A stretch of DNA of 64,000 bases from Candidatus Pacearchaeota archaeon (lineage in GTDB: Archaea > Nanobdellota > Nanobdellia > Pacearchaeales > GW2011-AR1): NCBI GenBank assembly GCA_050124795.1, contig JASFEO010000004.1, positions 8,943 through 72,942 on the forward strand, given 5' to 3'. This document shows positions 1-9,060 of this stretch, piece after piece. The notes beneath the pieces are model-generated. The model did not search any database and was not told the origin of the DNA. It saw nothing but the letters and a program-made list of their open reading frames with translations. Position numbers and translations under genes: made by a program. Positions within the stretch are counted from its first letter, which is position 1. The number at the start of each line of letters is the position of its first letter.

Positions 1-663
1 ACTTTTATTTTTGTAAAGTTTCTCAATATCAATAATCTTTTTTTCATTCTTAACTTTTAAAATCTCTCTTAAAAATTTTAAAAAACTTCCATAATAAATA
101 ATTAATAACTCAAGTGCATAACCTGAGAAACCATTTATGTAACTTTCAGCTCCATAACAATTTTTCGCATGACAAAACGCCTTTGCTAATTTTATTTCAT
201 TTAAAATTTTTTCATTTGCTTTTTTATTAACATAACGAACATGCGAATAGGACAAATCAGTAATATTTTCAGCCCCCTTAGAATTTTTTATTTTTAAAAC
301 AGGAATAATTTCAAAAAACAAATCATTATTTTTTTTAATTCTAAAATAATCACGTGAACCATGAACTCTCTTTACATTCTTAATTCCATTTAAAACTTTT
401 TTTGTTAAAACTGAAAAATTCTCTTTATGCTTTTTATTAAACCTTAAAAAAATATCAATATCATATTTGTTTTTTTTAATTATAGTTTTTTTAGCAAAAC
501 TCCCCCCAACAAAAACTTCAGCATCAATATTTAATTTCTTTAATCTCTTTTTAACAAACTCAAGAAATTCATCTAAAGAATTTTTTATTTCTTTTAACTC
601 ACTTGCCGAAGGATTTATTTTTTCCAAAACTTCATCTAAAATCAATTTTGTTTTTTTATTCAT
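1..663 (-). CDS. cca: CCA-adding tRNA nucleotidyltransferase (archaeal class I), 3' part cut by the window edge; absent from ORF track
   Basis: Manual translation from ATG at 663 gives MNKKTKLILDEVLEKIKPS..VFVGGSFAKKT..YDIDIF..HGSRDYF..CYGAESYINGFSGYALEL, open to base 1. Confidence 0.9.
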   Translation of the reverse strand, partial: MNKKTKLILDEVLEKINPSASELKEIKNSLDEFLEFVKKRLKKLNIDAEVFVGGSFAKKTIIKKNKYDIDIFLRFNKKHKENFSVLTKKVLNGIKNVKRVHGSRDYFRIKKNNDLFFEIIPVLKIKNSKGAENITDLSYSHVRYVNKKANEKILNEIKLAKAFCHAKNCYGAESYINGFSGYALELLIIYYGSFLKFLREILKVKNEKKIIDIEKLYKNKS

Positions 664-698
664 GAATAGTAAAACACAATAATGTTTATAAGATTATT

Positions 699-977
699 GT
701 GATGTGTAATTTAGTGGAAATAGAAGAGATGCTAAATAAAACAAAAGGGAATTATTTAATTGACCTAATTTTAATCATGCCTAAAGATAGTTCATATGAA
801 AAATTAAAAGATTTATTAGGAGAAAAATATAAATTTTGCATGTTTGATTATTTTGAAAAAACCTATCCAAATATTTTCATAAGAGGTCCCCGAAAAAACT
901 TAAAAGAACTTTCCATTGAAGCAAAAACAAAAGGATATAAAATAGAATTCATTAAAAATCAATCACCTTACAATTAA
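699..977 (+). CDS. hypothetical protein
   Basis: 92-aa ORF filling the gap between cca and oapC; no recognisable motif. Confidence 0.55.
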   Translation: MMCNLVEIEEMLNKTKGNYLIDLILIMPKDSSYEKLKDLLGEKYKFCMFDYFEKTYPNIFIRGPRKNLKELSIEAKTKGYKIEFIKNQSPYN

Positions 978-1385
978 TCACTCTTCAGGATTTATAATTT
1001 CTGTTGCATCCTTCATGTTTCTCTTCAAGGTTGAAGCCAAATCAATAATATATTTCCCCTCATCTAATTTGTAAATTAAAGGTCGCTTTTTATTAAACAA
1101 ATTCACAATATCAATTTCAAACTTACCAGAACCAACTGCCCGAACAGACTCTAAATCCAAAATAACCGGACTATCCTCATCAGTAATCCCTGCCATCTCC
1201 CTAACATCTTTTTCAATTTTCTTTTTCTCAGGTTCAGGAATAACAATTGGATTTTCCTTTATTTTCTCAAGCCGCTCTTCACGAACATAAAAAAAGAAAT
1301 GCCCCTTGCAATCATTGCACCCTTCCAAAAGCTCACGACTTCCAGTAGGAATAATTCTTGAACAACGAACGCATTGGTGTGGCAT
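978..1385 (-). CDS. oapC: Zn-ribbon protein, DUF2072 / OapC (ArvC) family
   Basis: MPHQCVRC..LEGCNDC N-terminus, LESVR..GKFEIDI..GKYIIDL; co-oriented with DUF2073 and the GTPase. Confidence 0.85.
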   Translation of the reverse strand: MPHQCVRCSRIIPTGSRELLEGCNDCKGHFFFYVREERLEKIKENPIVIPEPEKKKIEKDVREMAGITDEDSPVILDLESVRAVGSGKFEIDIVNLFNKKRPLIYKLDEGKYIIDLASTLKRNMKDATEIINPEE

Positions 1386-1386
1386 T

Positions 1387-1716
1387 TTATATTTTCAACC
1401 TCTTAACAACTTTTTTTAATAAAGGGATTTCACTTTTTATAATATCCCATAATAATTCAGAGCTAATTTTAAAATAAGCGTGACTAATCACATTTCTTAA
1501 CCCCTCCAAATAACTCCAGTTAACCTCTTTTATTGGTCTTTTAATTTTATCAGGGATTTTCTTGCAGGACTCTCCAATAATCTGAATTCTCATAGCAGTT
1601 GCATCAATTAAATTTTTATCCTTAACAAAAGAATTAAAATTTTTCTTTTTTGTTGTTTCTTCTATAAGTTTAATTGCCTTAAGAATATCCTTGACATAAA
1701 GATTATATTTTAACAT
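1387..1716 (-). CDS. HEPN (DUF86/HepT-like) RNase toxin
   Basis: IQIIGE and RNVISHAY (R-X4-H-X-Y) motifs; overlaps upstream MNT gene. Confidence 0.9.
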   Translation of the reverse strand: MLKYNLYVKDILKAIKLIEETTKKKNFNSFVKDKNLIDATAMRIQIIGESCKKIPDKIKRPIKEVNWSYLEGLRNVISHAYFKISSELLWDIIKSEIPLLKKVVKRLKI

Positions 1717-2002
1717 ATTCTGCCTCTCTCTTTACATACTTTAATTCAGGTTTTAAATCCTTTTCAATTACTAAATCCACATTTTTTCTAAAAGCCTTTT
1801 CCAAAAACTCTAACAACGCCATGTAATTTCTAAATCTTATCTCACTAAAATCAACCAAGAAATCAATATCACTTTTCCCTGTCTGCTTATTTTGTAAATA
1901 TGATCCAAAAAGCCCAATCTTTCGAACTCCATATTCACGGATTTTATTTTTATTCTCTTTAATTGTTTCAATTATTTTTTTTGAAGTTAATTTCCTCGCC
2001 AT
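1703..2002 (-). CDS. minimal nucleotidyltransferase antitoxin (MntA-like)
   Basis: LFGS-X10-DID motif, NVDLV; paired with HEPN. Confidence 0.9.
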   Translation of the reverse strand: MARKLTSKKIIETIKENKNKIREYGVRKIGLFGSYLQNKQTGKSDIDFLVDFSEIRFRNYMALLEFLEKAFRKNVDLVIEKDLKPELKYVKREAEYVKI

Positions 2003-2052
2003 AACTAAAATTAATCAAGACAAGTTTTTAATTGTTTTTATTTACTATAAAA

Positions 2053-2678
2053 TTAATCAAGAACAATTATTCGTCCATTTCTCATTCTGCTCTTATTGTT
2101 ATCTTTTAACTTTAATTCAGGAGCCGCATAACTCTGCATAAAGACATAACTATGCCCGCATGTTTCAGATCTATCAAAAAAATAAATTGGAATATCATTA
2201 CTAAATTCTCTTTTTATCTTAACAGGACTTTCAGCATAGTGTTTAGGAGAACGAAACCCTACAAAATAAGCAACTCCCCATGTTCACCGCAAGTTGTGCA
2301 ACTATTAAACCTCTTTTCAGTTTTAACCCCTCTTAAATCCATCTTAGAAACTTCTCTCACTAAACCTTTTTCAAAACTAACAGGAGTCTCACAAAATTTC
2401 CACGTTGAACAAACAGAAGAATTAAAATTATAATTAATACTCCCAACATTTAATGAAATAGAACTGGGGATAACATCTTCAACCAAACTTCCTGAATGAA
2501 AAGGACAATACTTAATTCCAAATTCTTTCAAAAAATTCTCTGCATTAGCATTTATTCTTTCTTCTCTTTCTTGTTGTGCCACAACAAAATCCCTAACAAA
2601 ATTTCCAAATTCGCTTGGATGACGACTAACATAATCCAATGCTTCTGCAAAATCATCATCACAACCACGAAATCCCAT
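2053..2678 (-). pseudogene. hypothetical Cys-containing protein, apparently frameshifted near 2278
   Basis: ORF 2678-2259 continues in the -1 frame after a G4 run (..CTTCGEHG / GVAYFVGFRSPKHY..ETCGH..IIVLD*, stop 2053). Confidence 0.5.
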
Positions 2679-2725
2679 AACTTAATTTAGAAAAAAGAGT
2701 TTTTAAGAATTTGTATAGTGTATTC

Positions 2726-3550
2726 CTAATGAATCGTAAACAACCCATTGCGGGATTCAAAAAAATATTTTCTTGCAAAATCAGATTCAAACATATCGAT
2801 ACGTGTTCCCCCATCTTCATCTTTTTCGTAAATCCTCACTCCAGTCTCAGCATCAACTGAAAAATCTTTTGACCCTAAACATGCTCCAATATCCCTTATT
2901 CGATTGCAAATATTACTAGAGTTATTCCCTCCTGCAAAACAAACAACCAATCTAGGATTCCTATCTTTAATCTCCGAGTAAAGTTTTGAAGAATAACTTA
3001 AATTAAAGTCATCTCCCTTGCCTCCTGAAGGATCCATTATTGTTCCCTGAATAAATTTAGAATAATTATTTAACTTTCTTGCAATCTCTTTTTCTCCTTC
3101 ACCCTCCAAAATTTTTTTAGGCAATTGCAAAACTATCTGCATCTCTGGGAACTGATTTAAAATTTTTTCAAGTTCACTCTTTTTTGGCCAGGCTAAATTT
3201 AATTGTAAAGCCCTGCAAAGATTATCCTTATAAATTCCATCTCTATTAAAAATAGAAATCACATCTTTTGCTAAACCTTGGTCATGTTTTACACCATAAT
3301 GAACCATGTTAAGCACAGCCTCATTTGAGTAACTCATAACTCTCGCAAGAGAACTAATAGGGGTGTATCTCTGGTGGGGAATTTTGCCTTTACTAGGAGG
3401 AATGCCTTCAAGAGTTTTCTTAATCACTAAAAAGCCAATCATTGGAACATGAGAACCCTGCATTGAAAAACCCGCACTCCTGGCGGCATTCATTGCCAAA
3501 ATATTATCACTAATATTCACAACCCCAGTAACACCAACATAATTTTTCAT
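2726..3550 (-). CDS. TrpF-like TIM-barrel protein of unknown function
   Basis: VGVTG, LQLN, DPSGGKG, FAGG, VDAETGVR motifs; no trp genes nearby. Confidence 0.6.
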   Translation of the reverse strand: MKNYVGVTGVVNISDNILAMNAARSAGFSMQGSHVPMIGFLVIKKTLEGIPPSKGKIPHQRYTPISSLARVMSYSNEAVLNMVHYGVKHDQGLAKDVISIFNRDGIYKDNLCRALQLNLAWPKKSELEKILNQFPEMQIVLQLPKKILEGEGEKEIARKLNNYSKFIQGTIMDPSGGKGDDFNLSYSSKLYSEIKDRNPRLVVCFAGGNNSSNICNRIRDIGACLGSKDFSVDAETGVRIYEKDEDGGTRIDMFESDFARKYFFESRNGLFTIH

Positions 3551-3602
3551 CCAATAAAAACCAAAAACTTCTTTTTAAAAATTTATATTCAAATTAACAA
3601 GT

Positions 3603-4016
3603 TTACTTATTCAACAACAACTCAATCTTCTTAGGATTTCTTTTTATTTCCTTAACAATTGTCGCAGGACCAATAATTGTTATTGACGTTAAATCCCCGC
3701 CGGACAAAGCACTCACAATTCCCTTTTTAAATTTTCCAAACAAACTAGAATTTCCATTTCCTGCAATCACAGCGAGTTCAATTCCCTTAAAATCCTTTAC
3801 ATGATTTATCATTGCCATGGTGTCTCCGATTAATCTTGTTTCCTCCATTGGTCTCAGTCTCCCCTGCAAAATCAAAATATTATTTCCAAAAACAATATCA
3901 AGAACTTTTCTGATTCTCTCATCTGAATTTAAATCCCTTATTTCTGAGAACGGCAAAAACTGCAATTGCAACCCCCTTAACTTCCCAACAGTCTTCCCCC
4001 TCTTTTTTTTCGCCAT
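3603..4016 (-). CDS. oapB: DUF2073 / OapB (ArvB) family protein
   Basis: ILILQGRL.P.EE..LI..TM, F.GIELA, ITIIGPA; follows the GTPase. Confidence 0.85.
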   Translation of the reverse strand: MAKKKRGKTVGKLRGLQLQFLPFSEIRDLNSDERIRKVLDIVFGNNILILQGRLRPMEETRLIGDTMAMINHVKDFKGIELAVIAGNGNSSLFGKFKKGIVSALSGGDLTSITIIGPATIVKEIKRNPKKIELLLNK

Positions 4017-4054
4017 TTTATTATTAATGTTTTTTAACTTTTAAAATTATTTAA

Positions 4055-4696
4055 TTATAGTTTTTTAGTTAATTTAAAAATTGATTCATAAAATTCTTCC
4101 AAGTTGTCGCCATACTTTGCACTGATTGAAACCAAGTCATATTCAGAAAATGCAGCCTCAATTCTTTTGACATCTGAAGATTTTAAATCAGTTTTATTCG
4201 CAACAATTAAAACAGGAATTTTCCTTGCAACTAAATTTCCAATAATAGTTATATTAACCTGGTTATACGGGTTCTCAGTTGAATCTAAAACAACAACAAC
4301 TATGTCCATGTCATCAAGCCACTTTATACTTTCAATAACTCCCTGCGTTGCTTCTTTGGCCCGCTTCTTAGCTTCCTTTTTCTTTACCTTAAATTTTAGA
4401 AATTCTTCATAATCAATTTTTGTGGCGATCCCGGGAGTATCAATCATCTTAAACACCAAAGTTTTTCCCTTGTATTTAATTTCAACCTTTTCCTTAAACT
4501 GAACATTCCTTGTCTCATGAGGAACTTTTGAAACACTTCCGATTTCCTCTCCTGTAAAATCCTTACAAATTCTGTTTGCTAAAGAAGTCTTTCCTGCATT
4601 AGGTGGACCATAAAACCCAAGCTTGACCTCTTTTTTATTTCTGAAAATTCCTGAAAAAACCCTCCCAAAAAAATTCTTAAAAATTTTTATTACCAT
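4055..4696 (-). CDS. oapA: Era-like small GTPase, OapA (ArvA) family
   Basis: G1 GPPNAGKT, G2 PHET, G3 DTPG, G4 NKTD, G5 ISA; PYNQVN. Confidence 0.9.
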   Translation of the reverse strand: MVIKIFKNFFGRVFSGIFRNKKEVKLGFYGPPNAGKTSLANRICKDFTGEEIGSVSKVPHETRNVQFKEKVEIKYKGKTLVFKMIDTPGIATKIDYEEFLKFKVKKKEAKKRAKEATQGVIESIKWLDDMDIVVVVLDSTENPYNQVNITIIGNLVARKIPVLIVANKTDLKSSDVKRIEAAFSEYDLVSISAKYGDNLEEFYESIFKLTKKL

Positions 4697-4746
4697 AATT
4701 CAATTTACCAATTAGACTTTATTAAGTTTATTGTGTTCTTTCACAA

Positions 4747-7419
4747 TCATCTCCTAAATCCCCTTCTTTGATTAAATCGATTAAACGGATTTTTATTTTG
4801 CTTTTTATCAAGAACTCCTTTTTTCTTTAACTTATCCAAAACCTTGCCAATCGGAAGTTCAAACATTCCTGTCCGCTTTCCGGCATGCTTTTTCATTGCA
4901 TAATTAACCTGCTCAGAATTCCAACCCGCCTTTCTTAACTTAGAATAAATATCCTTATCCTTAACACCTTTCTTCCGCGAGTTCTGAATATAAACAACAA
5001 GATTATACAAATTATTTCTATTCTTAAATAAATAAGTTTCATACCGATTCTTATACCAGCGCTGCAGAACAACATAAACAATCAATCCTATAAGAATCAA
5101 CAAAGACAAAATAGAGCCAAACAAAACCCATCTTGAAAAGGTTTCCTCTTCCTGAACAGAAGTAACCTTAGCCGAAAGTAATTCATCAATCTCCGGGGAA
5201 ATAAAAAAAGGAAGATTAGTAAAATCAACATCCTCTGTTGTTGAAAAAGAAACAGTCTCTTCTCCTTCCAGTAAAAAGTAAGTAAAACCAGACTCCTCGC
5301 TCTCAAGATAATCCCCATCAAAATAAAGATCATCTAAATTCTCTATTATAAAATAAGGCTCCCTTCCAAATTCCTCTTTTGGACTTACATCTATTTCAAA
5401 AAATCTCAAAATAGGTTCATCATGAGAAACATACCTCGCAGAAATTTCTTTAAAAGTTATCTTTGTACCAAGGTTCTCCTGGTTCCACGACAAAATTGCT
5501 TTAAGATATTCATCAGTTCTGTCAATATCATAAATTCCCCCGCCAACAGTTTCAAGAATATACAAATCTATATATTCCTCCCTCGGGAAATAGGCAATTG
5601 AATTCGCACTCTTAGTTGTAAGGACTAATTCAGGAATTTGCAGATCAAGAAGATCAGTCATAATCTGGTTATACTCTTCCTCAAAAAATGAATCCCCATA
5701 ATCCTTCTTAAGCCTTTTTAATTCATCCTCAAAAAATTCAAAATCAAAAAAAGAATTCAGGCGTTCCTGATAAAAACTATCAAAACCCTCTATCTGGAGT
5801 TTCACATTTTTCAAATCCCTTGTCTTCTTAATAAAAGTGGTGTTTATCAAATTTTCAGGGGACACAACTTCGATATCAAATTCCTTAAAAGAAGACCTCC
5901 CAAGAGAATCGACAACAGTCACCCCGAGTGTATAATCCCCCGAAGACGCATATGTATGGGTGACCTGATTGATTGGGGTTATCCCCGTCTCACCATCGCC
6001 AAAATCCCACTCAAAACTCGCAGAGTTATTATTTAAAATCGGGACTATAAAAAGTGTTGGAAAAGCAGAAGCAGTTTTAGAAGGATAAATATTTCCAATC
6101 AAAGGAACATCTTCTATTGAGATAGTTTTAGAAAAAATTTGCTCATCATTAAATTTCAAAGTAAAATCAAAAGAACCATACTCCCCAGGAAGGATAAACC
6201 CCCCGCCATCAAGATGAAGCTTCTGGAAATCCGCGCTCAATAAAGAAGGGGTCTCGCCCAAAGCATAAAAATTATTCTCCTCTATCCCAACAAGACCTGG
6301 CTTACTATGAATAAGTTTAAGATTATCAATTGTCAATTCCTGGTCTTTCCCTGAGATGATTCTTATAGGGATTATGCAACCATTTGAACAATTAAGCCCC
6401 CCATAACGATCAAAAAGATAATTATTCACAAGCCCGCTAAAACTATTCCCCCCGGGAAGAACATTTGACACATTCAACACTCCCACAGAAGCAAAAGCCC
6501 TTGTCTGAGCAAAAAGCTGATAAGAATTAGTCTCTCCCTTAACAGGAAATCCATTAAAACCACACAATTCTCCTGAAGAATATCCTCTTGTTCGGTATTC
6601 CCCGTCCCCCTCATCTGAATAAAGACACACATAATAATCAGAAGGAGTTGCCACCATATAATCTACATCACATGAAACTTCACTCCCATTCGCAGTTATA
6701 TTCTCTTTTGGTAAATCACATGACCTTTTAAAATCTCCATCAAGAGTATAAAGAGCCATTGTTAAATCCTTATTCCCCCCTTCTTCCTCGTAAACCCACG
6801 CTCCAAGCTTAAGCCCGGCAGAGCCAAATAAACTAATTCTCTGGCAATAAGGGAGGTTTGTTATTGCAGGGTTATAAAAATCTTCTGTTTCATTAAAACA
6901 ACCATAGCTTTTAAGAAAACCACATACATCCAAAAGCGCCTTATCATTCCCATAATCAATAACTCCGTCATCTAATATGTCAAGACTCACCTGATTATAA
7001 CAGGATGAAGAAGCATCACTCTCAATATTAAAACTAATTGAAGTTATTGATTGGATTTCTCCTGAAACTCTAAGCCCGATAATTTCAGAATCCCTTGAGC
7101 CAAAAGAAAAACTTTTAGAAGTTTCAGGATTAGAAACAAAATAATCAGGGACACAATTAGTAGTAGTGCATGTATAAATAAAGCCAGGGGTATTGTTTGC
7201 CAGTGTGCCCAAACTAACTAAATTGCCAAAAGAATCTTCAAAAGAAGAATTAGCAGGTTCATCATTAAAACTTAAATTTACCCATCCGGTAAAATCCGCG
7301 CCAGGACCATAAATAGAAGAAGTAGAATGCGAAGGCTCTCCAATATTAAAAGATGCACAAACAAAAGCAGATAGAAAAACTGCCAAGGATAAAACTACAA
7401 AACCTCTTTTTTTCATCAT
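4747..7419 (-). CDS. large membrane-anchored surface protein with PKD domain
   Basis: Signal peptide; WDFGDG..HTY.SSGDY PKD motif; C-terminal TM followed by LRKAGW cytoplasmic helix. Confidence 0.8.
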   Translation of the reverse strand: MMKKRGFVVLSLAVFLSAFVCASFNIGEPSHSTSSIYGPGADFTGWVNLSFNDEPANSSFEDSFGNLVSLGTLANNTPGFIYTCTTTNCVPDYFVSNPETSKSFSFGSRDSEIIGLRVSGEIQSITSISFNIESDASSSCYNQVSLDILDDGVIDYGNDKALLDVCGFLKSYGCFNETEDFYNPAITNLPYCQRISLFGSAGLKLGAWVYEEEGGNKDLTMALYTLDGDFKRSCDLPKENITANGSEVSCDVDYMVATPSDYYVCLYSDEGDGEYRTRGYSSGELCGFNGFPVKGETNSYQLFAQTRAFASVGVLNVSNVLPGGNSFSGLVNNYLFDRYGGLNCSNGCIIPIRIISGKDQELTIDNLKLIHSKPGLVGIEENNFYALGETPSLLSADFQKLHLDGGGFILPGEYGSFDFTLKFNDEQIFSKTISIEDVPLIGNIYPSKTASAFPTLFIVPILNNNSASFEWDFGDGETGITPINQVTHTYASSGDYTLGVTVVDSLGRSSFKEFDIEVVSPENLINTTFIKKTRDLKNVKLQIEGFDSFYQERLNSFFDFEFFEDELKRLKKDYGDSFFEEEYNQIMTDLLDLQIPELVLTTKSANSIAYFPREEYIDLYILETVGGGIYDIDRTDEYLKAILSWNQENLGTKITFKEISARYVSHDEPILRFFEIDVSPKEEFGREPYFIIENLDDLYFDGDYLESEESGFTYFLLEGEETVSFSTTEDVDFTNLPFFISPEIDELLSAKVTSVQEEETFSRWVLFGSILSLLILIGLIVYVVLQRWYKNRYETYLFKNRNNLYNLVVYIQNSRKKGVKDKDIYSKLRKAGWNSEQVNYAMKKHAGKRTGMFELPIGKVLDKLKKKGVLDKKQNKNPFNRFNQRRGFRR

Positions 7420-7461
7420 TAAAAAAATAAATAAAACAAGTTTATAAAATTATTTATCAAA

Positions 7462-9018
7462 TTACTTCGCCTTCTTTTTTGATTTTCTTTTCTTAGTTTT
7501 TTTAAAATTTTTATTCTTAAAAATTATATATCCCAAAATTAAAATAACCGCAACAATCACAAAATTCTTAAGGGTAAAAAAAGAAAGCTGAACCTTGGCA
7601 GGACATTGCAAAGTGCTGCTTCCGCCGAGACATTCTGTCAACAAAGAATTAATTCCGTTGAACAAAGGATCATAATGCCACAAATCATCAAATCCGGTTT
7701 CTATTAAAGAATCAAAGAAAACACAGCTTAGCGCATCTCCCCCGGCGGCCATGCATTCTGCCTGACTTCCCCATCCACTATTATCTGTTGGCCAATCAAT
7801 ATCTGCGACCCATGAATAAGTTAAAAATCCATCATTACAATCATCATTAGTATTTTCATTATAATTGCAGATACCAATTCCTAAAGAAGAAGTATCATAT
7901 TCATAACCCAAACTTTCATTAACAGATTCCCATCCTGCATTACACTCTCCTGTAGAATTCTCCCAAAAACAATTGCATACATAGCCATCCCCACAAGTGA
8001 TATCCTCATTAATCGCTCCAACACTATCTACCGCTACAAGACAAGTATCTTGGGTACATGTTGTTTCAGCGCCATAATCCCTGCAATAATTAATATTAAC
8101 ACAACTTCCTCCGCTAATAGTAAGTGCAAGGTCATTGCTCTGCCTTGAATCTACCTCAAAAAAGAATTCTCCTAAATCAGAAGTCTTAGATAAATCATCC
8201 TGTGTAATTGTCCAATAAACTATACTTGTTCCATTGCTGTCAACATCGCCAATTAAAGCATCACTTCCTGTCCTGATTTCATCATCATCACTAATAAAAG
8301 GAATATAAGGATCATCTTCAAATATCTCAAAAGAAACAGTTCCACTGGGAGGATCAACATTTTTTACAACAAGTGCTACCTGAGTAACTCCGGGCACAAC
8401 TTCCAGATAACTAACTGCATAACGGGGGTCATTTGGGCTCCCCCAATAGATTTCCCCTGAAACACACCTCCCATTAAGATTACAGACTTCTTCTGCTGCA
8501 CATCCCGGGGGGCAAGTTCCCCCGCAACCATCATCTCCGCATTCCTTACCAGTACAATTAGCAACACAACGCTGGCGACAGCAAACTTTTATAGGATATG
8601 TTGCAAAATCTGACAAGTGAGCATTTGTTGTAGAAGACAATGAAAGCATCGGGATATCATACCCCGCCGGGCATGAGCCAGAATTACTTGAACACTCTAG
8701 ATCCCCGAAATAAACATTAGTTGCATAATTAGTTAGACTTGGGATTTCTGCATGAGCATTCGTAGAAGAAGAAAGACCAAAAATTTTATTATTCCCGTCC
8801 TGTGTATGGTTGCCAGTAAAATTACAGCAAAGAAAATAATTATAATTTGCCCCGTCATATACTTCTGCATGAGCATTTGTTGTATCGGATAATTTAAGAA
8901 CAGTGTTTTCAGGAGCGCACGAAGTCTGAATATCACAATAATCTGCAGCAGAAACAACTAAGGAAAAAAATACAATTAAAAATAATCCTACAAAAAACAA
9001 ACCCCTTTTTCTATCCAT
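7462..9018 (-). CDS. Cys-rich secreted surface protein with C-terminal TM anchor
   Basis: Signal peptide, three LSxxTNAH repeats, CGDDGCGGTC motif, TM plus Lys-rich tail. Confidence 0.8.
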   Translation of the reverse strand: MDRKRGLFFVGLFLIVFFSLVVSAADYCDIQTSCAPENTVLKLSDTTNAHAEVYDGANYNYFLCCNFTGNHTQDGNNKIFGLSSSTNAHAEIPSLTNYATNVYFGDLECSSNSGSCPAGYDIPMLSLSSTTNAHLSDFATYPIKVCCRQRCVANCTGKECGDDGCGGTCPPGCAAEEVCNLNGRCVSGEIYWGSPNDPRYAVSYLEVVPGVTQVALVVKNVDPPSGTVSFEIFEDDPYIPFISDDDEIRTGSDALIGDVDSNGTSIVYWTITQDDLSKTSDLGEFFFEVDSRQSNDLALTISGGSCVNINYCRDYGAETTCTQDTCLVAVDSVGAINEDITCGDGYVCNCFWENSTGECNAGWESVNESLGYEYDTSSLGIGICNYNENTNDDCNDGFLTYSWVADIDWPTDNSGWGSQAECMAAGGDALSCVFFDSLIETGFDDLWHYDPLFNGINSLLTECLGGSSTLQCPAKVQLSFFTLKNFVIVAVILILGYIIFKNKNFKKTKKRKSKKKAK

Positions 9019-9060
9019 CTTAACTGTATTAATAAAATGAGTTTTATAAATCTTTTGAAA

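Noticed and set aside
663-4750. Replication origin next to the oap genes
   Set aside because: No ORB-like repeats, cdc6 gene or long intergenic region seen
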